NCBI GenBank assembly: GCA_938075305.1
Contig: CALJGV010000005.1
Coordinates: 39,390 to 103,389 of the forward strand
Length of the DNA stretch: 64,000 nt
Direction of reading: 5' to 3'
Source: an uncultured bacterium
Lineage (GTDB): Bacteria; Planctomycetota; UBA1135; GCA-002686595
A model generated the notes under the pieces. It made no database searches. It worked only from the letters and a program-made list of their open reading frames with translations, and was not told where the DNA came from. Shown here piece by piece: positions 46,584 through 55,081 of the stretch; position 1 is the stretch's first letter, and each line of letters starts with the position of its first letter. A program made the position numbers and the translations under genes.

Positions 46584-48551
46584 TCAGGCGTCGCCGCCCT
46601 CCTTCGGAGCCTCCTCGTCACCGGCCTCCTCGGCCGGCGCTTCGGCGGCGGGAGCCTCCTCAGCGGGAGCCTCCTCAGCGGGGGCCTCTTCAGCGGGGGC
46701 CTCTTCAGCGGGGGCCTCTGCAGCCGGGGCCTCTTCAGCCGGAGCCTCTTCAGCCGGAGCCTCTGCAGCCGGAGCCTCTGCAGCAGGAGCTTCCTCCGCC
46801 TTGGGGGCCTCCTCTGCGGGGGCCTCCTCTGCGGGGGCCTCCTCCTTCGGGAGCGCGTCCGTCAGGGCCGCGACCTCCTCGGCGGGCAGGTTCTCGCCCG
46901 CGTCGAAGTCCGCGTGCACGAAGGAGAGCCCGATCTTCCGCTCGTCGATGTCGACGCGGATGATGCGCACCTCGACCTTCTGACCCGGCTGGAGGATGTC
47001 CTCCGGCTTGGCCTCGCGGTCATCGGTCAGCTCCGAGATGTGGAGCAGGCCTTCGAGGTCGTCGTCCAGCTTCACGAACACACCGAAGTTGGTGATCTTC
47101 GTGACGAAGCCGGAGAGCAGGTCGCCAACGTGGTAGTTGCCCGGGATCTGCTCGAGCCAGGGGTCCGGCGACAGCTGCTTGCGACCCAGCGCAATGCGCT
47201 TCTTCTCCATGTCGACCGAGAGGACGACGCACTGCATCTGGTCCCCCTTCTTGACCATCTCGGAGGGGTGGCTGACCTTCTTCGTCCAGGACATGTCAGA
47301 GACGTGCAGGAGGCCGTCGATGCCCTCCTCGATCTCGACGAAGGCGCCGTAGCTGGTGAGGTTCCGGACGGTGCCCTCGATGACGGTGCCGATCGGGTAG
47401 TGCTGCTCGACCATGTCCCAGGGGTTCATCTCCGCCTGCTTCATGCCGAGGGAGATCTCCTGCTTGCCGTGGTTGAACTCCAGCACCACGACCTCGACCG
47501 GGTCGCCGGTCTTGACCAGCTCGCTCGGGTGGTTGACGCGGCGGGTCCAGGACATCTCGGAGATGTGCACCAGGCCCTCGATGCCCTCCTCGAGCTTCAC
47601 GAAGGCGCCGTAGGACATGATGTTCACGACCTCGCCCTTGTGCTTGCTGCTGATCGGGTAGCGGGCTTCGACGCCGTCCCACGGGGAGGCCGTCTTCTGC
47701 TTGAGACCCAGCGCGATGCGCTCGCGGTCGAAGTCGACGCGCAGGACCTGCACCTCGAGCTCCTGCTCGAGCTGGACCATCTCCGAGGGGTGGTTGATCC
47801 GCCCCCAGGACATGTCCGTGATGTGGAGCAGGCCGTCGATGCCGCCGAGGTCGACGAACACGCCGAAGTCGGCGATGTTCTTGACCGTGCCCATACGGAC
47901 CTGGCCTTCGGTGATGTCCTTGAGGAGCGTCTCCTTCTGCTTCTGGCGCTCTTCTTCGAGCAGCTTCCGCCGGGAGACGACGATGTTCATGCGCTCCGCA
48001 TCGATCTTGATGATGCGCGCGCGCACCGGCTCGTCGATGAAGTCGGAGATGTCGTGCGTGCGGCGCAGCGCGACCTGGCTGGCGGGGAGGAAGACGTTGA
48101 CGCCTTCGACGTCCACGAGCAGACCACCCTTGATCTTGCGCTGGACGATGCCCTGCACCTCGTCGCCCTCCTCGTACTTCTGGGAGACGTGCTCCCAGGC
48201 GCGGAGGCGATCGGCACGGCGCTTCGAGAGCACCGACATGTCGTTCTCATCGAGGCCTTCGAAGTAGACCTCGAAGACCTGGCCGCTGGTGGGCAGCTCA
48301 TCGCCGAACTCGTTGAGCGAGATCTGGCCCTCGGCCTTCCCGCCGACATCCATGATGACGAGCCCTGTGCGCTCGTCGACGGTGTCGACCTTGGCCTCGA
48401 CAATCTGGCCAGGGAGAATGTCAACGATGGACTCGTTGAGGCTTTCCGCGAGGTCTTCGAGAGTCTCCGTGCCGAAGGACTCGGCGACTCTCTTCTCCAA
48501 CTCGACAGGGTCGAGCTCGTACTTGCGGACGCGACGCGAGGCGACGGCCAT
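46584..48551 (-). CDS. rpsA: 30S ribosomal protein S1
   Basis: Repeated S1 domains (FGVFVDLGGIDGLLHITDMSW, YGAFVKLEEGIEGLVHISEMSW) plus an acidic tail. Confidence 0.97.
   Translation of the reverse strand: MAVASRRVRKYELDPVELEKRVAESFGTETLEDLAESLNESIVDILPGQIVEAKVDTVDERTGLVIMDVGGKAEGQISLNEFGDELPTSGQVFEVYFEGLDENDMSVLSKRRADRLRAWEHVSQKYEEGDEVQGIVQRKIKGGLLVDVEGVNVFLPASQVALRRTHDISDFIDEPVRARIIKIDAERMNIVVSRRKLLEEERQKQKETLLKDITEGQVRMGTVKNIADFGVFVDLGGIDGLLHITDMSWGRINHPSEMVQLEQELEVQVLRVDFDRERIALGLKQKTASPWDGVEARYPISSKHKGEVVNIMSYGAFVKLEEGIEGLVHISEMSWTRRVNHPSELVKTGDPVEVVVLEFNHGKQEISLGMKQAEMNPWDMVEQHYPIGTVIEGTVRNLTSYGAFVEIEEGIDGLLHVSDMSWTKKVSHPSEMVKKGDQMQCVVLSVDMEKKRIALGRKQLSPDPWLEQIPGNYHVGDLLSGFVTKITNFGVFVKLDDDLEGLLHISELTDDREAKPEDILQPGQKVEVRIIRVDIDERKIGLSFVHADFDAGENLPAEEVAALTDALPKEEAPAEEAPAEEAPKAEEAPAAEAPAAEAPAEEAPAEEAPAAEAPAEEAPAEEAPAEEAPAEEAPAAEAPAEEAGDEEAPKEGGDA
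46608..46846 (-). repeat. In-frame 15-bp tandem repeat encoding about 15 (E/A)EAPA units in the S1 tail
   Basis: Degenerate units such as GGAGCCTCCTCAGCG / GGGGCCTCTTCAGCG on the + strand. Confidence 0.9.
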
Positions 48552-48857
48552 GGATGAAACGTGTTGTGTCTTACGGTCTCGGGCGCGGCCCGGCGTGGTC
48601 GGTGGGACCCGCTGGGAGAGGTGATGGCGCCGAGGCCTGGTCCTTGGGAGCAGCCAGCAGGGAACGCTCCCGCCGCGCTGTCGAATCGGGCATTTCGCGC
48701 CGTTCGAGCCGGAAGTTGTACGCGCTCACACCGCCCGAATCGACCCCTGAAACGGCGCTTTCCCGCCGTCGGACGCCCTCGGAGGCCCTGGCCGGCCCGA
48801 GGTCGCGGCGCCCCCAGGCTCGCCGGGGCTCTCACAGACCGCCCCGAGGCCCGGCGC

Positions 48858-49520
48858 TCAGCCGGGCCGCCTGGCGCCGGCGAGCCCGGCCACGTGGTCC
48901 AGCACGGCCTCGGGAGAGAGGGTGTCGGTGTCCACCCGGACGGCGTCCTCGACCTCCAGGAGGGGCGAATCGGCCCGCTGGCTGTCATGGGTGTCGCGAC
49001 GAGCGAGGTCCGCCTCGTAGGTGGCGGCCATCTCGGGGCGGCCCTCTTCCCGAGCCCTGCGCATGGCGCGCACCGCCGGGCTGGCCAGCAGGAAGACCTT
49101 CAGGTCAGCTCCAGGGAAGACCACCGAGGTGGTGTCGCGCCCTTCGGCGACCACGCCCCCACCGGCCTCGACCGCCGCTGCGGCCACGGCCCGCTGGGCC
49201 TCGACCAGGGCCCGCCTGACCCCGCTATGGGCGGCGACCTCGGAAACGTGACCGGTCACCTCCACGCCCCGAATGTGAGGCTCCCCCGGCTCCCCTTCGA
49301 TCAGGATCCGGCCCTCGGCGTCGAATGAGAGCCGGACCTCGCCGGCGAGCGCGGCGCACGCCGCCGCGTCCGACGGCCGGACGTCCCGCCGGAGCGCCGC
49401 CAGGGTCACCGCGCGGTACATGGCCCCGGTGTCGAGGAAGGTGAGGCCCAGCCGCGCCGCGAGGGCGCGCGCGAGGGTGCTCTTGCCCGACGCGGCCGGA
49501 CCGTCGATGGCGATGATCAT
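48858..49520 (-). CDS. cmk: Cytidylate kinase
   Basis: MIIAIDGPAASGKST, LDTGAMYRA, VAEGRD, RDTHDSQR..SPL; adjacent to rpsA. Confidence 0.96.
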   Translation of the reverse strand: MIIAIDGPAASGKSTLARALAARLGLTFLDTGAMYRAVTLAALRRDVRPSDAAACAALAGEVRLSFDAEGRILIEGEPGEPHIRGVEVTGHVSEVAAHSGVRRALVEAQRAVAAAAVEAGGGVVAEGRDTTSVVFPGADLKVFLLASPAVRAMRRAREEGRPEMAATYEADLARRDTHDSQRADSPLLEVEDAVRVDTDTLSPEAVLDHVAGLAGARRPG

Positions 49521-49566
49521 CGGTGGCCCCCCGCGTGGGGGCAGACGTGGATTCGGAACGAGGGGC

Positions 49567-50385
49567 TCATCGGGCGGAAATGTTAGCCCACGAGCCGAGC
49601 TCGAGGCTCCCCCCCCTCCCGATCCGGAGGAGGTCGCGCTCCCACTCCCAGGCGCCGACGACGATCCAGCGAAGGGGGTGGGCCTCGTCGCCGAGGGGCT
49701 CGTCCCGGACGTCGTGGGCGTGCCCACAGGCGAGCGCCGTCGCTCCCGCCTCCCGGGCCACCTGTCGCACGGCGTCCCGCTGGATCGCCTTCTCGTCAGG
49801 GAGCTTCGTGGGCTTGGTGGACTCCGAGATCCCGCGCAGGCGGGACCCGACACGGCGCGCGAACCACATGGGGGCCAGCCACGAGACCAGACGCATGGGC
49901 CAGAACCTCCAGAGTGCACGCAGCCGGAGGTATCCGGTGTCCCGGGTGCAGAGCGCATCTCCGTGGACGAAGACCGCCCGCTCGCCTCCGTCCAGCACCC
50001 CCACGAACCCGTCCCGGTGGAGCCTCCCTCCCGTGCGCCGCTCGAACCAGGCGCCGAGCAAAGCGTCCCGGTTCCCGGGCACCAGGTGCACCTCTGTGCC
50101 CCGCCGGACCAGCCGCTGGAAAGCGTCGAGCACCGGAACCGATCCCTCCATGCTCGCCTGGCGGCGGCAGACCCACATGTCGAACAGGTCGCCGAGGCAG
50201 ACCAGGGCAGGGACCCCCTCCAGCTGATCGCACAGCTGCACGAAACGGCTCGTACGCGCGTCTCCGAGGGGCGCCAGGTGCAGGTCCGTGATGACCAGCG
50301 TGCCCGCGGCGAGCCTCACTCGGGTGGCCGGGCAGGCGCCGTCGGGGAGGCGCGCCGGATCGCCGTGCCCCTCAGCCCCCGTCAC
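49567..50385 (-). CDS. lpxH: UDP-2,3-diacylglucosamine pyrophosphatase (LpxH-like metallophosphoesterase)
   Basis: TDLHL, GDLFD, PGNRD, HGDALCTRD..Y, GHAH. GTG start overlapping the end of the upstream regulator (start uncertain). Confidence 0.8.
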   Translation of the reverse strand: MTGAEGHGDPARLPDGACPATRVRLAAGTLVITDLHLAPLGDARTSRFVQLCDQLEGVPALVCLGDLFDMWVCRRQASMEGSVPVLDAFQRLVRRGTEVHLVPGNRDALLGAWFERRTGGRLHRDGFVGVLDGGERAVFVHGDALCTRDTGYLRLRALWRFWPMRLVSWLAPMWFARRVGSRLRGISESTKPTKLPDEKAIQRDAVRQVAREAGATALACGHAHDVRDEPLGDEAHPLRWIVVGAWEWERDLLRIGRGGSLELGSWANISAR

Positions 50386-51748
50386 CGGACTCCTCGGGGT
50401 CGATCCCGAAGTCCCGCAGCTTCTCCCAGAGGACCTTGCGCGAGATGCCCAGGAGCTCGGCGGTCTGGGACCGGTGGCCGCCGGTGGCCTCGAGCGCCAC
50501 CTTGATGTGCTCGACCTCGCACTCGCGCGTGACCTCCCGCAGGGGGCGGACCTCCACCTGGACCTCCGCCGTGGAGCGCCAGCGCCCATCCTGGGGAAGC
50601 AGGTCCTCCGCCTCGAGCCGCGCGCCGCCCCCGGCCAAGGCGATCGCGCGCTGGACCGAGTTCTCCAGCTCACGCACGTTGCCCGGCCACGCGTATCGCT
50701 CGAGCATCTTCAGCGTGGAGCGGGTGACCTCGAAGGCGCGCCCCCCACCGTGCCGCTCGATCATCGCCTGCAGGAGCAGCGGGACGTCCCCGCGCCGCTC
50801 GCGGAGCGGCGGCAGGGCCACCGGCACCACGTGCACCCGATAGAAGAGGTCCTCACGGAAGCCCCCCTCGCGCACCAGATTCCTGAGCGGGACCTTGGTC
50901 GCGACGACGACGCGGAAGTCCGAGGAGAGCGTCTCCTCACCACCGACCCGCTCGAACTGGCGCTCCTGCAGCACCCGCAACAGCTTTACCTGCAGCGGGA
51001 GCGGCATGTCGTCGATGTCGTCCAGGAAGAGGGTGCCCCCATCGGCGAGCTCCACCCGTCCGCGGCGCGCCTGCTTGGCGTCGGTGAAGGCCCCCTTCTC
51101 GTGCCCGAAGAGCTCCGCCTCCAAGAGGTCCAGCGGGAGGGCGCCGCAGCCGAGCGCGATGAACGGCCCGTCTCGCCGCGGGCTCAGGTCATGGATTGCG
51201 CGGGCGACGCGCTCCTTACCGGTGCCGCTCTCGCCCTCGATCTCCACCGTCGCCTCGGTGGCCGCCACGGTCCGCACGCGATCGAAGACCGCCTGCATCG
51301 CATCCGAGGAGCCGATGATCCCGTCGATCCCCGTCGGGCCCGCCGCCGCGAGCTTCTCGCGGAGCTCGCGGTTCTCCTCCTCCAGGTCAGAGACACGCGA
51401 GAGGGTGTCGAGGCGCCGCAGCACCGCCTCGTTCCGGAAGGGCTTCTGGATGTAGTCGACCGCGCCCCGGCGCATGGCGTCCACCGCGTCGTCCACGGTG
51501 GCGTAGCCGGTCATGAGCAGCACGGGCCGCTCGGGGTCCAGCGCCATCGCGCGGTCGAGGATCGCCAGCCCCCCCTCGCCTGGCATGCGCACGTCGGTCA
51601 CCACCGCGTCTGCGGCGGGCTCCAGCTCGAGGGCCTTGAGCGCGCTCGCTGTGTCCGTTGCGCCGATGACCTCGTGCCCCGCATCCTCGAGTGCGTCGCG
51701 GAGGGTCACGAAGATCGTGACCTCGTCCTCGGCGAGGAGCACCCTCAT
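50372..51748 (-). CDS. Sigma-54-dependent response regulator (NtrC/AtoC family)
   Basis: Receiver domain (AEDE, TDVRMP, TGY, KP), GESGTGKE, ELFGHEKGAFTDA, FREDLFYR, WPGNVRELEN, Fis HTH. Confidence 0.95.
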   Translation of the reverse strand: MRVLLAEDEVTIFVTLRDALEDAGHEVIGATDTASALKALELEPAADAVVTDVRMPGEGGLAILDRAMALDPERPVLLMTGYATVDDAVDAMRRGAVDYIQKPFRNEAVLRRLDTLSRVSDLEEENRELREKLAAAGPTGIDGIIGSSDAMQAVFDRVRTVAATEATVEIEGESGTGKERVARAIHDLSPRRDGPFIALGCGALPLDLLEAELFGHEKGAFTDAKQARRGRVELADGGTLFLDDIDDMPLPLQVKLLRVLQERQFERVGGEETLSSDFRVVVATKVPLRNLVREGGFREDLFYRVHVVPVALPPLRERRGDVPLLLQAMIERHGGGRAFEVTRSTLKMLERYAWPGNVRELENSVQRAIALAGGGARLEAEDLLPQDGRWRSTAEVQVEVRPLREVTRECEVEHIKVALEATGGHRSQTAELLGISRKVLWEKLRDFGIDPEESGDGG

Positions 51749-52386
51749 CCCTGCCGGGCGTCGGAGGGGTCCGAGCCGTCGATCCGGCGCTGCTCGAGCA
51801 CCTCGCTGTCAGCGTTCCGAGTCCCCTCCTCCGCGGCGATGGCCGCCAGGGGGTGAACCTCCCCGTATCCGACGCGGTCCGGTCGGACGAAGCCCGAGCG
51901 GTTGCCGCCCGCGGCCACAGCCTCCTCGAGGCCCTCGTCAGCCCCCTCCAGGAGGGCATCGAAGAAGAGCGTGCGCTCGGCGGTGCTGCCGGGATCGTGG
52001 GCTCCGCCCAGGGAGAGAGTCACCCGGATCTGGCGTCCCTCGCTGATGAACTCGAGCTGACGGGCCGCATCGAGGAGGCGGGCGCTCATGACATCGATCC
52101 CCGTGGCGTCGGTGTGCGGGACCACTGCGAGGAGGCGGTCATCCGCCATGCGGCCGAGGAAGTCGGAGCTCCGCGTCTCCGACTTCAGGAGCCGGATCAT
52201 CGTGTCGACGATCTCCTCCTTCGAGTCGTAGCCATACATGTCCCGCAGGTGCCCGAGGCGGTCGACCGCGATCATCAAGCAGGAGATCGCGTAGCCGTAT
52301 CGCTGCGCACGGTTGAACTCCACGCGCATCAGGTGCTGGATCTGGGCGAGCGAGAAGAGGCTCTTGTCAGCGTCGTTCTGGGTCAT
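51745..52386 (-). CDS. Stand-alone degenerate GGDEF-domain protein with an intact RxxD I-site
   Basis: EFNRAQRYG..ISCLMIAVD, RSSD-FLGRM-ADDRL (ADDRL in place of GGDEF), VTLSLG, AD..L..A..GGNR. Confidence 0.85.
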   Translation of the reverse strand: MTQNDADKSLFSLAQIQHLMRVEFNRAQRYGYAISCLMIAVDRLGHLRDMYGYDSKEEIVDTMIRLLKSETRSSDFLGRMADDRLLAVVPHTDATGIDVMSARLLDAARQLEFISEGRQIRVTLSLGGAHDPGSTAERTLFFDALLEGADEGLEEAVAAGGNRSGFVRPDRVGYGEVHPLAAIAAEEGTRNADSEVLEQRRIDGSDPSDARQG

Positions 52387-52521
52387 CGCGTCAACGGCTC
52401 CGATGGCTCGGAGGTGGGGCCGTTTGAATTCGGAGTTGGACGGAGGGTGGCAGGCGGCGAGGGTCCGGCCCGTTCCGGGACCCCATCGGAGCGGAGCCAG
52501 GGAGGACTGGGGCGAGGGAGA

Positions 52522-53331
52522 TCAAGGGGTGACTGCGTCGACCATGCCGTCGATGATCCCGTTCAAGTCCCACTCGTAGCTTACTCGTGCGATGATCAGC
52601 AGGGCGAATATGATCGCGCTGTAGACGCTCAGCGCGACGACGTTGGCCACGAAGAAGGCCGTCGAGCTCTTGGCCGCCCCCCTGACCTTCCGGGAGGTGC
52701 CCTTCACGCCCCTCTGAAAGGAGGCCATCAGCAGGTCAAGCTCCAGCCGGTTGGCTCGGGCCAGGAACTTGGGGTCCGACGTCGCGCCCCGCGAAGCCTG
52801 CAGGATGGCCTTGGCGGCGGCGTCAGCGTCCCACTCCTGGGCAATGACCGCCGCCTGCCAGCGCTTGGCGACGGCCTTGTCAGCCAATCCGACATCCACC
52901 AGGATGCCCGCGGCGACCCGCTCGAAGGCCTGCACCTCGATCGGGTCGAGCCCGGAGCCGCTCCCGGTTTGAGAGGCCGGCGGAGCGGGCGCAACGGCCG
53001 GCGTGACGGCAGGCGCCGGCGGCGGGGTCGCGAGCTCCTCCAGGACATCGACTGCGAGGTCCAACTCAAACTGAGCCCCGCACCACTCGAACCTCGCCCC
53101 GTGGTCGAGCGCGAACTCCTCCACCGTCTGCCCTCCGACGGTGATCGGCGCCACTCCGCTCACCCTCACGACCTTGTGGGGGTCGTCCCAGAGGTGGAGC
53201 TCGCCCTCGGCCCCCGGGATCGCCACGTGGATCCCGCGGGCGCCCTCGGCCCCGATCCGGGTCAGACCCGGCCGTAGCGGGACCGTATGGGCGTTTCCAG
53301 AGGTCTGGATGGTGAGCGTGGCCTCGTTCAT
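52522..53331 (-). CDS. Membrane protein with an N-terminal degenerate FHA-like domain and a C-terminal TM helix
   Basis: LRPGLTRIG...ITVGGQTV..ALDHGARFEW FHA-like strand pattern, Pro/Ala linker, hydrophobic FFVANVVALSVYSAIIFALLII. Confidence 0.6.
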   Translation of the reverse strand: MNEATLTIQTSGNAHTVPLRPGLTRIGAEGARGIHVAIPGAEGELHLWDDPHKVVRVSGVAPITVGGQTVEEFALDHGARFEWCGAQFELDLAVDVLEELATPPPAPAVTPAVAPAPPASQTGSGSGLDPIEVQAFERVAAGILVDVGLADKAVAKRWQAAVIAQEWDADAAAKAILQASRGATSDPKFLARANRLELDLLMASFQRGVKGTSRKVRGAAKSSTAFFVANVVALSVYSAIIFALLIIARVSYEWDLNGIIDGMVDAVTP

Positions 53332-53436
53332 GTCGGCAGGTGATACTCGAAGGGGAGCCCGCCGCGCCACCCTGGATGGCGCTGGAGTCCCGCCCCACGC
53401 CCCGTGACCCCGCGCGTCCTGATCGCTAGTCCACCC

Positions 53437-55011
53437 ATGAACTCCGGCCACACCACACACCGCCCGTCTCTCCGGCCTCGAAAAGCCGTCAGGCTGGCCG
53501 CGCTGGCCCTGGGACTCGCCCCCCTCGCTGCCGGCGGTCCGGTGGCCACGTCCCCCACGGTCCAGCAGACCGATTGGGCGCTCGTGCCCATCCGCGCCCT
53601 GAACGAGGAGCCGCAGCCCCAGGCGGCAGCGCTGGACGGGCAGCACTTGATCGCACCGGACGCGGGGGATTCTCCGGCAGCCGCCAGCCTCGGGCCCGAG
53701 CTGCCCGCGCGCCTCGCCGAGGACCTCGCCATGGAGGCGGCCACCGCTGCCGGTGGGAACGTCCAGCTCCTGGATGGTTCCCTGCTCGTCCGTGGCCCCG
53801 CCCCGTCGCACCAGGCTGCCCGCGACGCCCTCGAGGCCCTCGAGGGCGCCCTGTCGGAGCTGAGATTCGACGTCAACGTTCGCCTCACCGTCGCGGGCTC
53901 GGACGGCCCCCCGCTGATCGACGGGAGCCGGCTCGTGCGCGCTGGTGGCGTCGGCGTCTTCGGTCAGCAAGAGCAGCACTCCTACGTGCACGGCTACAGG
54001 ATCGAGGTGGCCCAGGACGCAGTGATCGGAGCGCCCCGGGTGGGGCACGCGCTGGTCGGCGACCTCGTCCACCTCTGGGCCTCCACAAGGATCGACGCGG
54101 ACGGCCAGCGGCAGCTGTTCGTCCAGGGCCTCCTCGATGTGTCGCGGCTCATCTCAATCGAGACCTTCGACACGGAACTGCTGGCCCTTGGTCAGGTCGA
54201 GCAGCCCGTCCTCGAAGCGACCCAGGTCATGTTCGCCGGCCTCGTCCCAGGCACCGGACCGCTGCGCCTGATGGTCAGCGGCCCGACCGAAGACACCGCC
54301 CAGCTGATCCTCGAGGTGAGCGCCGCTGCGCGCCACTCCGGGGCGGCGAACGGGGGCGTGGTGGACCTCGCCCGGGGACTCTGGCGGTCCAGGCTCCGCT
54401 CGCCCCATGTCTTCGCCCCCGACGGCCCCCCCGCGCTTCCTCCCGGCGAGACCCCCGCCGGCCTCGCGCAGCTGGAGGCCCGTCAGTTCCCGGACCGAGG
54501 CGCCCGGCCACCGCGCTCCACCGAGTGCCTGCTCATCGCACCGGCCAACTCCCCCGAGCGCGCCCGACGACTCCGTCGACTCCGTGAGGCCCTGGATCCG
54601 CTGTCCGCCCCCGCCGAGGTCAAGGTCTCCTGGGACGGCTTCACCGCCACGGTCCCCACCGTCGCGGGTGCCCTCGTGCGTGTTGGACGCACGAGGGAAA
54701 CGACCATGGTCGTCGGCTACGAGCCCCAGCTCGCCAACGAGGCAGCCCTCTGCCAGCCCGTCATCGAGCGGGTGGTGACGGGCACCCTGGTGGAGGCGGT
54801 CCTGCGCGGCGACCAGGTGGTGGGTCACGGGGTCCGGCTGGGCCTGTCGGGCACCCGACAGCACGCCCCGGGCAACGGCGACAGCGGGCGGCTGCAGCTC
54901 CCCGTTCGGAGCCAGCGCTCCTTCCCGCTCAGGCTCATTGCGGAGCGCCAACAGCAGCCCGACGTCGGGGTCACGGCCTCCTGGAGTTATCCATCGGGCG
55001 ACGATCGCTGA
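53437..55011 (+). CDS. Secreted protein with two degenerate secretin-like modules
   Basis: Signal peptide; N-domain-like GSLLVRGP..HQ; SYVHGYRIEVAQDAVIGAPRV...GQVEQP, repeated as VVGYEPQLANEAALCQPVI...GRLQLP. Confidence 0.55.
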   Translation: MNSGHTTHRPSLRPRKAVRLAALALGLAPLAAGGPVATSPTVQQTDWALVPIRALNEEPQPQAAALDGQHLIAPDAGDSPAAASLGPELPARLAEDLAMEAATAAGGNVQLLDGSLLVRGPAPSHQAARDALEALEGALSELRFDVNVRLTVAGSDGPPLIDGSRLVRAGGVGVFGQQEQHSYVHGYRIEVAQDAVIGAPRVGHALVGDLVHLWASTRIDADGQRQLFVQGLLDVSRLISIETFDTELLALGQVEQPVLEATQVMFAGLVPGTGPLRLMVSGPTEDTAQLILEVSAAARHSGAANGGVVDLARGLWRSRLRSPHVFAPDGPPALPPGETPAGLAQLEARQFPDRGARPPRSTECLLIAPANSPERARRLRRLREALDPLSAPAEVKVSWDGFTATVPTVAGALVRVGRTRETTMVVGYEPQLANEAALCQPVIERVVTGTLVEAVLRGDQVVGHGVRLGLSGTRQHAPGNGDSGRLQLPVRSQRSFPLRLIAERQQQPDVGVTASWSYPSGDDR

Positions 55012-55081
55012 GAGGTCCGAGGTATGGGCGACCACGCGGGTCGTTAGGCTGGGACCGCGCGCACCCGCCCGCCCTCATCCC

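Noticed and set aside
46608-46846. Tandem repeat considered as a CRISPR array
   Set aside because: 15-bp contiguous degenerate units without spacers, in frame within rpsA; no cas genes nearby.
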